From positions 64,001 through 128,000 of IMG/VR virus record IMGVR_UViG_3300014039_000012: 64,000 bases of DNA; one strand, written 5' to 3'. The notes under the pieces are model-generated. The model worked only from the letters and a program-made list of their open reading frames with translations, ran no database searches and had not been told where the DNA came from. The stretch's first letter is position 1. Each line of letters begins with the position of its first letter. Made by a program: the position numbers and the translations under genes. The DNA comes from a virus (taxonomy: Duplodnaviria; Caudoviricetes). This document shows, in pieces, positions 1 through 10,148 of this stretch.

Positions 1-10
1 ACAAGATACA

Positions 11-511
11 TTGTCTCGTTATCCGATATTTAGCCACGGTGTGAAAAATGCGGTTAGCGGTAGCGTAACGTGTTTATTGGGTCGAGAAATGATTAACGCC
101 AATTATACTAATAAAGAATGGGTATATTCACAAGATCCAAATACAACCGAACCGAGTTTGATTTGGCAAGAAACTTATGGAACAACAAAAAATCTTGGTG
201 GCTATAAAGAACGTCTTGGAAGAACACAATCTGCTTGCGGGTCTAACGTGGATTATCTTTCCGCATCTGTTCTTGGATTTAGAAATCTAACGTCTAACGA
301 GGCGGTAGATATGTTGGACAAATGGCGTGATGTTTGTTATTCTGGAAATCCGAAACTTTTGAGGGATGAAAAAGGACAGACGTTTATTATTCAAATTACC
401 GATCCAACAAATACAACAAACGAAACTTGGGATAGACAACCAGAAGAAATTTCGTTTAACTGGATTGAAATTGCGGACGCAAAAGATTGTCGCGTAATCC
501 AATCTGATTAA
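11..511 (+). CDS. phage tail/baseplate region protein, probably 5'-truncated by the window edge
   Basis: Frame is open to the window start; context directly upstream of the baseplate-like gene. Confidence 0.5.
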   Translation: MSRYPIFSHGVKNAVSGSVTCLLGREMINANYTNKEWVYSQDPNTTEPSLIWQETYGTTKNLGGYKERLGRTQSACGSNVDYLSASVLGFRNLTSNEAVDMLDKWRDVCYSGNPKLLRDEKGQTFIIQITDPTNTTNETWDRQPEEISFNWIEIADAKDCRVIQSD

Positions 512-534
512 AATAATACAAGGAGGCGGCGTCA

Positions 535-1794
535 ATGCCACAAATTTCTAATAAAATCAAAATGGGATCCGGCGAAAATTACGAATATGTAATTGACGGG
601 AAAGATGCCGCTGTCGCAGATCTTGAAAAATATTTAAAGATTTCAGAAATTAAAAAAATCATAGGAAGAAAAACAATTTACCCTCGTTTTAGGATTTATA
701 TTTTAAATCCCGATGAAACAATTTGTTATCAATTGCCAAATGAAGACATTTTGTCTGGCGGTTCGTATAGCGAAAACTACCAAAATGGTTCTCGTCGAAC
801 ATTGTCTTTTTCATTGAATAATCAGGAAGGGAAATATACTCCTTCAATTAATAATTTGTGGGTAGATACAAAGGTTTTGCTCGATATCGGATTGGAAGTG
901 CCAGACGAGGGACTAGTTATTTGGTTTCACAAAGGCGTATTTGTTATTACGTCGGCGAATCCGTCTAAATCAACAGAGACAAAAACGGTGTCAATTAGTT
1001 GTGCAGACAAATTTGAGATTTTGAATGGGCGACGCGGTACGGTCGGAACAACTGTTGAAGTTCCACCGGGGATGGTTATTAAAGATGTAATTCAGGATGT
1101 TTTATGGTACGACAGTGGAACAGGAGATGTTCTTGATCCGATTCCATTTTTCTATCATCCTGTGTTTGAGGGAAAGGTAACGCCCGTTACATTAACGCTT
1201 TCGGCTGGTTCAAATTATGGAAATTTAATTACGCAAATTGCCGATGTTTTATCAGCAGAAGTGTTTTATGATTCATATGGACATTTGAATTTTGTTCCAA
1301 CGGTCGACGTTATTTCGGATGGAGATAAACCGAATCTTTATGATTATTCAATTGAAAATCTACAAAATGAGAATTTTTCAATTGATCTAAATTCTTTTGT
1401 TAACTGCGTTTATGTCGTTGGAGCAAATGTTAATGGACATACTTGTACGGCGGTTAAAAAGAACGAAGATCCAACTTCTCCAATTTCGGTCGGAAGGATC
1501 GGGCTGCGTGTTGCTGATGTAATTAACGATTCTAATATTACAACCGACCAGTTGGCGGAAGAACGAGCAGATTATGAGTTGCGGAAAAAGATTATAGCGG
1601 AAAGCACATTGAGTAGTTCTGTTATGTTTAATCCGCTTTTAAGTGTTAATAATATTGTAACATATACTGACGAGGAAGATTTTAATATGAGACGCGAAAG
1701 ATTTTTGATTCAGAGTATTTCATTTAATTTGGGATATGATGGAATTATGTCGTTAAGCGTTTCTAATATAAACAATCTTCCGTTTGTATATTAA
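535..1794 (+). CDS. putative baseplate hub/tail protein
   Basis: 419 aa, AGGAGG RBS; pattern GSRRTLSFSL...GVFVITS...EVFYDSYGHLNF...LAEERADYEL...FLIQSISF resembles phage hub proteins. Confidence 0.6.
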   Translation: MPQISNKIKMGSGENYEYVIDGKDAAVADLEKYLKISEIKKIIGRKTIYPRFRIYILNPDETICYQLPNEDILSGGSYSENYQNGSRRTLSFSLNNQEGKYTPSINNLWVDTKVLLDIGLEVPDEGLVIWFHKGVFVITSANPSKSTETKTVSISCADKFEILNGRRGTVGTTVEVPPGMVIKDVIQDVLWYDSGTGDVLDPIPFFYHPVFEGKVTPVTLTLSAGSNYGNLITQIADVLSAEVFYDSYGHLNFVPTVDVISDGDKPNLYDYSIENLQNENFSIDLNSFVNCVYVVGANVNGHTCTAVKKNEDPTSPISVGRIGLRVADVINDSNITTDQLAEERADYELRKKIIAESTLSSSVMFNPLLSVNNIVTYTDEEDFNMRRERFLIQSISFNLGYDGIMSLSVSNINNLPFVY

Positions 1795-1815
1795 TATTTA
1801 GAAAGGAGATTAAAT

Positions 1816-2151
1816 ATGGCGAGTGTCAATAGTACTTCCTCTAATGAATCTGGATGTATTTCCGGCGGCCTTCCTCTAAAAGTTATGCGCATCGCAATGG
1901 AAAATAAAGGAATGTTTGAAGGATTAAGACCGGGTGCGCTATATTGTTTTACGGGGAAGACAACCAATGTATCGGTAGAGTTAGAAGATGGAACGTCCGA
2001 AATATACGAAGTCCCGATAACGTTTGCTATCAATGGTCCAGAAGAATTAAAAGATGGAGCTGCTACGGGTCAAAATTACGGAATCCGATTTTATAGCAAT
2101 GAAAAGAATGAACTTATCGGTGGAGAATTAGTTCCAATCGATTTAAGTTGA
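1816..2151 (+). CDS. hypothetical protein
   Basis: AAGGAG RBS; ORF in operon. Confidence 0.6.
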   Translation: MASVNSTSSNESGCISGGLPLKVMRIAMENKGMFEGLRPGALYCFTGKTTNVSVELEDGTSEIYEVPITFAINGPEELKDGAATGQNYGIRFYSNEKNELIGGELVPIDLS

Positions 2152-2182
2152 ATTAAAAATAAAAAAGTGAGGTATTAATAAA

Positions 2183-2770
2183 ATGGCGATTTCAATTCTT
2201 AACTATTATGAACAGCCAGACGGCAAGAATCTGATGATTATGGCTGACGACCTTTACGAGAGGAATCCGGGCGAAGCTCCGGACGATAATATGCCAATGG
2301 ATCCGACCAATTACGCAATTTCACAGAATCTTGGTATTCCGGCAGATGGCTCAATTACGATCGTTAGAGATTTTGATGAAAACAAGAAAGTAAAGACTGT
2401 TACTAATGTTTTTAAGGAGGGTGAATGGAAAGATTCTACCGACGGTAACGAAAATGATATTAAATTGGGATATCTTGAATATCATATTTCGGGTGGTAGT
2501 AAATATTATTATCCAGAAGATTTACTTGATATTTTAAAAAATTGCGACATGCTTCTTGTAAAATATCAGGACGTGGATTATCCGGAAAAAGAATATATTG
2601 GATATGTATGTAGTTTTATAACATTAAATCTTGAAATGCGATTTGAAGGACCAACGGTAGGTTATATAGGAAAAGATGTAGAAACTGAAATTAGCGGAGA
2701 AACAGAGGCAGAAATTATTGATCTTTTGAAAACAAAATTTTCAAAACAAATTAAAGTAAGTTATACCTAA
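2183..2770 (+). CDS. hypothetical virion-associated protein, paralog of 24646..24978
   Basis: GAGGT RBS; shares the PMxP...GIPADGSITIV motif with the 24646 ORF. Confidence 0.6.
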   Translation: MAISILNYYEQPDGKNLMIMADDLYERNPGEAPDDNMPMDPTNYAISQNLGIPADGSITIVRDFDENKKVKTVTNVFKEGEWKDSTDGNENDIKLGYLEYHISGGSKYYYPEDLLDILKNCDMLLVKYQDVDYPEKEYIGYVCSFITLNLEMRFEGPTVGYIGKDVETEISGETEAEIIDLLKTKFSKQIKVSYT

Positions 2771-2772
2771 TA

Positions 2773-3402
2773 ATGATTTTATATACAAAAATTAAAACCT
2801 GTTCTAAACGCCCAGGTTTTGCTCAAAAATCAATAAACACAATTGGATTGTCTGAAGAAAATATTTGGTATGATTTAAGAGAATTAGAACCTCAATATAA
2901 AAATAAATCATATTCTTGGAATACGGCAAAAGGATGGGAAAGTTTTAAAGAAATAAATTGTACTCATTGTATGTTCATGGATGATGATTTGGACTTTTGT
3001 GATAATTTTTTAGAAATTTGTGAAAAGATTATTACAGTACATCCAAACGCTGTGATTGGTTTATTTCCATATTATTATAGGGACAAAGATGTTGTGCAAA
3101 ACGAGTCTCCTTATTGGAGCGCTGGAATCATTTCTGGTGCTTGTATAATAATTCCAAAAAAATATTTAAACGATCTTTGTGAATTTATGTTTTCAAGATG
3201 TGATAAAATTTCACAGGACGATCTTTTGGTTTATATGTGGTGTTTATATAATCACATTCAAATGATAACAACAATTCCATCGTTAATTCAGCATATCGGA
3301 GATCAATCTTTGTATGATCCAACCGCGCCAATTCGAAGAACTCAGTATTTCGATAAAAACCCAAGTGCAAATTGGGATTCAAAAATAATTAATTCTTTGT
3401 GA
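2773..3402 (+). CDS. GT-A fold glycosyltransferase
   Basis: CMFMDDDLDF (DxD), QDD acceptor motif, PSLIQHIG C-terminal motif. Confidence 0.7.
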   Translation: MILYTKIKTCSKRPGFAQKSINTIGLSEENIWYDLRELEPQYKNKSYSWNTAKGWESFKEINCTHCMFMDDDLDFCDNFLEICEKIITVHPNAVIGLFPYYYRDKDVVQNESPYWSAGIISGACIIIPKKYLNDLCEFMFSRCDKISQDDLLVYMWCLYNHIQMITTIPSLIQHIGDQSLYDPTAPIRRTQYFDKNPSANWDSKIINSL

Positions 3403-3563
3403 AAACGGGAATTTTGTTGTGGGGATTGATCGATTGAAGTGCTGACGATAGTTATAATCTTGTTTTTTCAAAATTGATCTTTCAAAAGTGTTTTGGACGA
3501 AATCTAAATAATTCAAAAAATAAAAATATTCTAAAATTAATTATTAAACAAAGGAGGTAAAAT

Positions 3564-3878
3564 ATGGTCAGAGGAACAACGCCAACTGTTTTGTTTTGTT
3601 CAAAACAGATTAAAAAAGATGAAGTTACCGATGCCGAATTTACCTTCTCACAATATGGTCGAATAGTTTTAACAAAAGAAATGTGTACCGGAGACGAATC
3701 ATTTGTTGTCGTCGATGGCGGTGTATCCGTTACACTTTCTCAAATTGAGACATTAATGTTTGACGCAAGGGCGCCTCTTTTGGCGCAATTAAGAGTTGAG
3801 ATGGGGAGTTTGGTAATGGCAACTCCACCGTCTAAAATGGTTGTTGAAGAATCTTTGGATGGAGGGGTGATGACGTGA
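3564..3878 (+). CDS. small baseplate/fibre adaptor (BppU N-terminal-like)
   Basis: MVRGTTPT start and VTLSQIETLMF...AQLRV motif; AGGAGG RBS. Confidence 0.55.
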   Translation: MVRGTTPTVLFCSKQIKKDEVTDAEFTFSQYGRIVLTKEMCTGDESFVVVDGGVSVTLSQIETLMFDARAPLLAQLRVEMGSLVMATPPSKMVVEESLDGGVMT

Positions 3879-4150
3879 TTAAGACAGGAAAAAATTGTTG
3901 CGTTTTGAACGGAACGTTTGACGAGATATACGTCAGAAACTGGCAGGGTGATACCGAAATGTCGGATACTTCAACCAGACCCGTTCAAAACAAGGTTATT
4001 AAACAATATGTAGACGAAAAGTTGCAAAATGTTGATGTAAATTTGGACTCTGTAGTTACGCGGTTGGACACGGTTATTGATTTGTTGACACAAATTAAAG
4101 ACAAGCCGTCCGGTGGAGGAACTATGGAAGCCGAATTGATTTATTTCTAA
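3875..4150 (+). CDS. small fibre-associated protein
   Basis: DTEMSDTSTRPVQNKVIKQYVD fibre repeat motif; GTGA overlap with the previous gene. Confidence 0.55.
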   Translation: MIKTGKNCCVLNGTFDEIYVRNWQGDTEMSDTSTRPVQNKVIKQYVDEKLQNVDVNLDSVVTRLDTVIDLLTQIKDKPSGGGTMEAELIYF

Positions 4151-4171
4151 TGGCAGGAGGATAATATTCCA

Positions 4172-4660
4172 ATGAAATTCGCATATGGAAGTATAAAAAA
4201 AATTAACGAAGCGATTGAAGCTGGAACAATTCCTGCCGAAACGCTAATTATAACTTCGGATAGCGCAGATGTTGCAGAGTTATTTTTCTATGACAAAAGT
4301 AAGCTACTAAAAAAGGTTGAAAGAAAGAATAAATTTTTAACAATTGATGAAGCAAAAGAATGGGCTCCAACTTGGGGTATAGAGGGCGACGTTATTTCTG
4401 TTAAAAATTCAAAAGGAGATTGGGAACTTGGAGTTGTTGATAGCAATAAAGAAATTGTTATGCAATCTTCAAGCGTCGGAGGGGTTGTTTCCGATGATAC
4501 TTCCGAAAAATTCCCAGAAGTTGGACAAAAGGGAAAAATTTATGTCGATACCAATGACCAATCATTATATCTTTGGGACGAAGCATCTTCTTCGTATATC
4601 TTGGTTGGATCTGGTTATAATAATTTAATTTATAGTGGAGGAGACGCTTATGGCGACTAA
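4172..4660 (+). CDS. fibre adaptor protein
   Basis: FPEVGQKGKIYVD...LYLWD motif common in phage fibres; AGGAGG RBS. Confidence 0.55.
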   Translation: MKFAYGSIKKINEAIEAGTIPAETLIITSDSADVAELFFYDKSKLLKKVERKNKFLTIDEAKEWAPTWGIEGDVISVKNSKGDWELGVVDSNKEIVMQSSSVGGVVSDDTSEKFPEVGQKGKIYVDTNDQSLYLWDEASSSYILVGSGYNNLIYSGGDAYGD

Positions 4661-5909
4661 AACAATCAAGACCAGATTTCAGATGAGAAATGATTCTGCT
4701 GAAAACTGGAAAACGGCTAATTCGGTTCTTCTTGCAGGAGAAATCGGAGTTGAAAATGATACTCGTAAATTCAAGTTCGGTGATGGTACGACGGCGTGGA
4801 ACGATCTGCCTTATGCCGGCACAGATGCCGCGCAGATTCAGGCACTGATCGATGCGGCCGAAGATAATTATTATTCGGTAGAAAGAAGTGCGGGCGAAGA
4901 AGACAACGCCGCGATCTCTCGCGCTCTTGGTGATAAAACTGCAAGCAAAGGTGATATTTGTGTAATTAAGACTGCTCTCGGCACCGAGCCAGAATCTTAT
5001 TCCTTTATGGGATATGTTTATGACGGTACTATTTGGGGCGCTATGGATGGCAACGTTTCTGCAGAAAACGTTGTTATGGCAAAAGATATTACTCTTGCCG
5101 GTAATTATACTTCTGTTGGTAACGTCCAGCTTTCTAGCAAGACTCTGCCCGCGAAGGGAAAGACTCTTGATAAGCTGTTTGAATCTATCTTTACGAAGGA
5201 ACTTTATCCTTCGAAGCCAACTCCTACTTGTGCAATTACCCTGACTGGTGCTGGCGCTAAAGAAGTTGGTACAACGTTTACTCCTGCTTATACTGCTACG
5301 TTTGACAAGAAGTCCTATGCTTATGCTCCGACAGATACCGGCGTTGCTGTTACTGCTTGGGAAATTAAAGATACCAACGATGTAACGAAGACTGCGGCCA
5401 CCGGTACGTTTGAGGCGTTTGTCGTTAATGAAACCACCAACTATAAGCTGACCGCGAAGGCTACTTATGGAGATGGTAAAGTTCCGAAGACCAATCTCGG
5501 TAACGATTACGCTGCTGCGCAAATCAAGGCTGGCACTACAGCTACCGCTACTTCTGGCGCCATTACCGGTTATCGTAACTGGTTCTATGGCTACAAGAAT
5601 GCGGCTGGAGTTCTGGATGCTGCGACTCTTACTTCTGCACAAATTCGTGCGCTGACTCCTCGCAACGGTTCGTTCCCCGCGACGATTGACACCAATGGAA
5701 TGCAGCAGATGTTCTTCGCGATTCCGAAGGGCAAGAAGACTTCTGTGAAGTGCTCCAACAACGTTAACGGTGCTCCTTGCACGATGAGCAAGACCGAAGT
5801 GAGCGTTGAGGGCGCTAACGGTTTTACTGCCATTGCCTATGATGTTTGGTATGTCAACTCTGCTTCCGCAGACAGTGGCGCAAACACCTATAAGATCGTT
5901 GTATCGTAA
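4650..5909 (+). CDS. tail fibre protein with Mtd_N (major tropism determinant N-terminal-like) domain
   Basis: KTRFQMRNDSAENWKTANSVLLAGEIGVENDTRKFKFGDGTTAWNDLPY; ATG at 4650 after GGAGGAG. Confidence 0.75.
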   Translation: MATKTIKTRFQMRNDSAENWKTANSVLLAGEIGVENDTRKFKFGDGTTAWNDLPYAGTDAAQIQALIDAAEDNYYSVERSAGEEDNAAISRALGDKTASKGDICVIKTALGTEPESYSFMGYVYDGTIWGAMDGNVSAENVVMAKDITLAGNYTSVGNVQLSSKTLPAKGKTLDKLFESIFTKELYPSKPTPTCAITLTGAGAKEVGTTFTPAYTATFDKKSYAYAPTDTGVAVTAWEIKDTNDVTKTAATGTFEAFVVNETTNYKLTAKATYGDGKVPKTNLGNDYAAAQIKAGTTATATSGAITGYRNWFYGYKNAAGVLDAATLTSAQIRALTPRNGSFPATIDTNGMQQMFFAIPKGKKTSVKCSNNVNGAPCTMSKTEVSVEGANGFTAIAYDVWYVNSASADSGANTYKIVVS

Positions 5910-5940
5910 TTTTGATAATTGGTAATGGAGGTAAAAATAT

Positions 5941-7983
5941 ATGACAAGACAAGAATTTTTTGAGATGAAAGCTGCCGGCGCTCTTTGGGACGTTGGCGTT
6001 TCGATTAACAGAACTAACCCGCTTCCTCTTGACAAGAACGCGGTATTTGAAAGCTATGATAAGGCGCTTGAATATGCAAAGGGTGTTCTGTCCTATCCCG
6101 GTCAGTTTATCGCCGTTGTTGCAGAAGATAGCACTGTAACCGGTTATATTATTACTGTTGCCGGCGGAGATGGTGCAACGCTGCAGAAGCTTGCTGCGCA
6201 AACCTCTACCGGAGACGTCGTCGCAGATCTTGCCGCTCTGACCAACCGTGTTGGAGTGCTTGAGACTTCTGTTGGCGACATCAAAACCGAAATCGGTGCG
6301 AAAGCAGCTGGCGAAACCGCCGCTTCCGGTATTTACAAGTATGTTGATGATAAGGTTGCGGCGGCTACTCCTGAAGGATACGCCGGTGTTAAAGCCGACG
6401 TTACGAAGCTGGTTGGCGTTGACAAAGGAGAAGATGGCAGAGCGAACAAGTCTGTTAGAGAAATCGCGGCTGAAGAGGTTGCAAAAATCGTTGATGGCGC
6501 AGATGCGAGTTTTGATACCCTGAAAGAGGTTTCTGACTGGATTTCTACGCACGGAACTGATGCCGCCGCGATGAATACGCAGATTAATGCCAATAAATCT
6601 GCGATCGAAAAGCTGAACGGGGCTGCGGAGACAGAAGGTTCTGTTGCGAATACTGTCGACGCTGCAATCAATGGCGCTCTGAAAGTGGACGGCAAAGATA
6701 AGTATGCTCTTGCAACCGATCTAACTGCCGCTAATGGTAAAATCGCTGCTCTTGAAACCAAGACTGCTGGCTTGGTGGATGCAGACGGTGCAGATACGAC
6801 CGTCAAAGCATATGTTGATGCTGGTGATGCGAAGGTCGAAGCTAAAGTTACAGCTCTTTCGACTAAGGTTGAAAACCTTGGTTCTCTTGCTTCGAAGAGC
6901 GAAGTCGCTGAGAGTGATCTGGCTGCTGCGCTGAAAGCGAAGATTGACGGTAAGGCAGATAAGGCCACCACGCTGGCTGGCTATGGCATCGAAGATGCCT
7001 ACACGAAAACCGGCGCGGAAGGAATGGTTGATACCAAGATTACCGCGCTTGGTCTTGGAACGATGTCTAAAGAGGTCGCAGCAGATTACACTAAGACCGC
7101 AGATCTTGAAACTGCTCTTGCTGGCAAGTATGACGCAGCAGGTGCAGCAAAGGAAGTCGACGATAAACTTCCTGCAATGGATACTGCAATTAAGGCTAAT
7201 ACCGATGCAATCACTAAGCTGAATGGTGCGGCAAGTGTAACCGGTTCTGTTGCCGAAAAGATTCAGACCGCAATTACCGATCTTGATCTTGCAAATACAT
7301 ATGCTGCTAAGTCCCATACTCATGCAATGGAGCAGGTCACTGGCCTGGCAGAAGAGTTTGCAAAGTATCAGGCAAAAGGTGATTACGCGCTGAAGTCCGA
7401 TCTTGATGGAACCGATGCCGAAGTTGAAGCACTGACCACTCTTGTTGGCACGCTTCCTGCCGACGCAAAAGCAAAGACTGTTGTTGAATATGCAAAGGAA
7501 GTTGCCGATGCGGCTACCGGCAATGCTGCTACTGTTGGCGCAAAAGTTGATACTCTTATTGGCGATGATGCTAATAAGTCCGTTAGAACGATTGCTAATG
7601 AAGAGCTTGCGGCCGCGCTAATCCCTGAAAACGCACAGGATTCTCTCGATACACTGAAAGAGATTGCGGATTGGATTCAGTCCCACCCGGCAGAAGTAAC
7701 AGAGATGAACAGCAAGATTACCGCTCTTGAAGGCAAGGCTCACGAGCACGCCAACAAGACCGTTCTCGATGGAATCACTGCTGATAAAGTTTCGAAGTGG
7801 GATTCTGCTCTTCACGATGGCGATATTCCTGCTGCTACCGCTGCCGCGCTCGGCCTCGTGAAGGTGGACAACACTTCTATCGAAGCTTCTGCCGACGGCA
7901 CTATCGGCGTGAAGGCTGTTGACGTTCAGAAACTGTTTGTTGCCGAAGGCGATGAATTTATTCTAGATGGCGGAAAAGCTTAA
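5941..7983 (+). CDS. long Ala-rich coiled-coil fibre protein
   Basis: 680 aa; two DTLKE(V/I)xDWI repeats, KADKATTLAGYGIEDAYTK and ATAAALGLVKVD fibre motifs. Confidence 0.7.
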   Translation: MTRQEFFEMKAAGALWDVGVSINRTNPLPLDKNAVFESYDKALEYAKGVLSYPGQFIAVVAEDSTVTGYIITVAGGDGATLQKLAAQTSTGDVVADLAALTNRVGVLETSVGDIKTEIGAKAAGETAASGIYKYVDDKVAAATPEGYAGVKADVTKLVGVDKGEDGRANKSVREIAAEEVAKIVDGADASFDTLKEVSDWISTHGTDAAAMNTQINANKSAIEKLNGAAETEGSVANTVDAAINGALKVDGKDKYALATDLTAANGKIAALETKTAGLVDADGADTTVKAYVDAGDAKVEAKVTALSTKVENLGSLASKSEVAESDLAAALKAKIDGKADKATTLAGYGIEDAYTKTGAEGMVDTKITALGLGTMSKEVAADYTKTADLETALAGKYDAAGAAKEVDDKLPAMDTAIKANTDAITKLNGAASVTGSVAEKIQTAITDLDLANTYAAKSHTHAMEQVTGLAEEFAKYQAKGDYALKSDLDGTDAEVEALTTLVGTLPADAKAKTVVEYAKEVADAATGNAATVGAKVDTLIGDDANKSVRTIANEELAAALIPENAQDSLDTLKEIADWIQSHPAEVTEMNSKITALEGKAHEHANKTVLDGITADKVSKWDSALHDGDIPAATAAALGLVKVDNTSIEASADGTIGVKAVDVQKLFVAEGDEFILDGGKA

Positions 7984-8003
7984 TTGTTAAAATAAATGTT
8001 CTG

Positions 8004-8032
8004 TGACCACGGAAGAATCCATTCCGTGGTCA
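8004..8032 (+). other. 11-bp intergenic hairpin without U-tract
   Basis: TGACCACGGAA-gaatcca-TTCCGTGGTCA. Confidence 0.6.
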
Positions 8033-8181
8033 TGAGGAAATAAATATAGCAAAAAAAATTATCTACACCGAAAAATGTTAAAATATCTAGTGATGGAACA
8101 TTGAGTTTTGACGCTGTTCCAAACGCTACAAGTTATGATATTTTGGTAAATAATACGGTTATAGGAAATAGTGGAGGAAAT

Positions 8182-10017
8182 ATGGCAGAAAAAGTATTAA
8201 AAACAAGAATCCAATTAAAATATGATGAATATGCTAATTGGACTAAAAACGATCCAGTCCTTAAAAAGGGCGAAATGGCAGTTACGGTTATCCCGACTGG
8301 TACGTCCGTCGAACAGACAACGCCTCCTGCAATTATGTTTAAAGTAGGAGATGGCACAAAAAAATTTAGTGCGCTTCCGTGGGCAAGCGCTCTTGCCGCA
8401 GATGTTTATGCATGGGCAAAAGCCGCTACTCCGCAAGCTATTATCGATGAAGCACGCGACGGTTTAATCGGCGCAGATAGTGTTGTTAAAACGCTTAATA
8501 GCCTCAAGGGAGATATTACACTTGCTGTGGCAAGTGGCGAAAAGCGTCTTGTTGTTGGGGAAAGTGGACAGAGCATTACTCTTGCTCTTAATTTTACAGA
8601 TACAGAAGCAGCCGCTCTTGCATCTGGCATTACGGCAAACAAAGTTAAAACATACGATGGTTATGCGACAAGTAAGCAGGATACAATCGATGCGACTCAT
8701 AAACTTTCTCATGAACTCGTTAGCGGACTTGGGACTGCGGCGACAAAGAGCGCAGATGCTTTTGATGCGGCTGGCGCTGCCGATGCAGTTCTTGGTAAGT
8801 CGACTGATGCCGCTACCGCTAACACCGTTTATGGCGCAAAGAAAGCTGCGGCTAATGCGCAATCTACTGCTGACTCGGCAAAAACAACAGCAGAGGCTGC
8901 TCTTCCGAATGCTACATTTGAAAGCTTTAAAACCGCAAATGATACAGCACTTGCTGGAAAAGTAGACAAAACGACGACTGTTAATGGTCACGAGTTGTCT
9001 GCGAATGTTACACTTACAAAGTCGGACGTTGAACTTGGTAACGTTGAAAACAAGGCACTCGATACAACTGTTACGAAAGATTCCGGGAACTATATCACAT
9101 CTGGAGCCGTAAAGACTGCCATTGATAACGCCATTGGTGGTGTTACACAGTTTGATATTGTTAAATATGACAGTTTCGATAAACTCCCAAAAACCGGTAA
9201 GAAGGGCGTTATTTATATCATCGCTCATTCCCACAGCGACAGCAATGATAGTTATGATGAGTATATCTGGAACACCGCGCTTACAACACCGGCGTATGAA
9301 AAAATCGGCAACACCGACGTAAACCTTTCTGAATATGTTAATACGCTTTCTGGAACAGCTAATAGCGGCGTTATTACCAATCTTACAAAGTCTGGGAATA
9401 CCCTTACCGTAACCTCAAAGAGTCTTGCCACAATCGATCCTACCGCAAATGGAACTGGCCTTACATTTATTGATACCGTTTCACAGGCTGCGGATGGTAA
9501 GATTACTGCTACAAAGAAGACCGTTTCGGATGCAACGACTACGGCCCACGGTCTTATGACTGCGGCAGATAAGGTAAAACTTAACGGGATTGCTGAAGGC
9601 GCTACAAAAGTAACGGATGCGACCGTTTCTGGCTGGGGATATATCAAGTCTTATACTGATACAAACCAGAAGATTAAGGCGAAATCTGGATCGACAGATG
9701 TTACGTTCGGAGACAACGATGTTATCGAATTTGTCGCCGGTTCTAATGTTACGATTACTCCAGACAAGACGAATAAGAAAATTACAATTGCCGCTACGCA
9801 GAAGTCTGATACCGCAATCAATACTCTGATTGATACAAAGCTTACGGCATATACTACTGCTCATCCTGGCGTTGATAAAGTTGGTACGGTCACGAGCGTA
9901 GCTGCGGCGGCTGATTCTGGTTTCAAGATTACCGGAACAGCATCAACGACCCCGACAATTGATTGGGACGATACTGTCACGCTTGTTTTCGACTGCGGAG
10001 ATTCAAGCGATATCTAA
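8182..10017 (+). CDS. tail fibre protein with Mtd_N domain
   Basis: KTRIQLKYDEYANWTKNDPVLKKGEMAV...FKVGDGTKKFSALPW; YDEYIW and GLMTAADKVKLNGIAEGA motifs; ATG at 8182 after GGAGG. Confidence 0.75.
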   Translation: MAEKVLKTRIQLKYDEYANWTKNDPVLKKGEMAVTVIPTGTSVEQTTPPAIMFKVGDGTKKFSALPWASALAADVYAWAKAATPQAIIDEARDGLIGADSVVKTLNSLKGDITLAVASGEKRLVVGESGQSITLALNFTDTEAAALASGITANKVKTYDGYATSKQDTIDATHKLSHELVSGLGTAATKSADAFDAAGAADAVLGKSTDAATANTVYGAKKAAANAQSTADSAKTTAEAALPNATFESFKTANDTALAGKVDKTTTVNGHELSANVTLTKSDVELGNVENKALDTTVTKDSGNYITSGAVKTAIDNAIGGVTQFDIVKYDSFDKLPKTGKKGVIYIIAHSHSDSNDSYDEYIWNTALTTPAYEKIGNTDVNLSEYVNTLSGTANSGVITNLTKSGNTLTVTSKSLATIDPTANGTGLTFIDTVSQAADGKITATKKTVSDATTTAHGLMTAADKVKLNGIAEGATKVTDATVSGWGYIKSYTDTNQKIKAKSGSTDVTFGDNDVIEFVAGSNVTITPDKTNKKITIAATQKSDTAINTLIDTKLTAYTTAHPGVDKVGTVTSVAAAADSGFKITGTASTTPTIDWDDTVTLVFDCGDSSDI

Positions 10018-10047
10018 TTTTTTTGTTAATAAAATACTGCTTTTATT

Positions 10048-10070
10048 AGGAGGGGTTTTACCCCTCCTTT
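10048..10070 (+). terminator. hairpin, possible weak terminator or processing site
   Basis: AGGAGGGGT-ttt-ACCCCTCCT followed by only a short T run. Confidence 0.45.
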
Positions 10071-10148
10071 ATGGGCGGATCTGGAACGGACGGTCCGTCC
10101 AGTTCTCCAAAAATTTGGAAACGATAATTTCGAAAGGAGAAATTAAAA

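Noticed and set aside
3403-3563. 161-nt intergenic gap as a possible ncRNA
   Set aside because: No convincing stem or promoter; only a degenerate TGAAAA-N6-TTTTGT at 3400
4458-9234. Long minus-strand ORFs (4458-6035 and 8464-9234; likewise 17946-19157, 30163-31194 and 33267-34232)
   Set aside because: They are antisense shadows of codon-biased plus-strand genes, with no RBS or recognisable motifs
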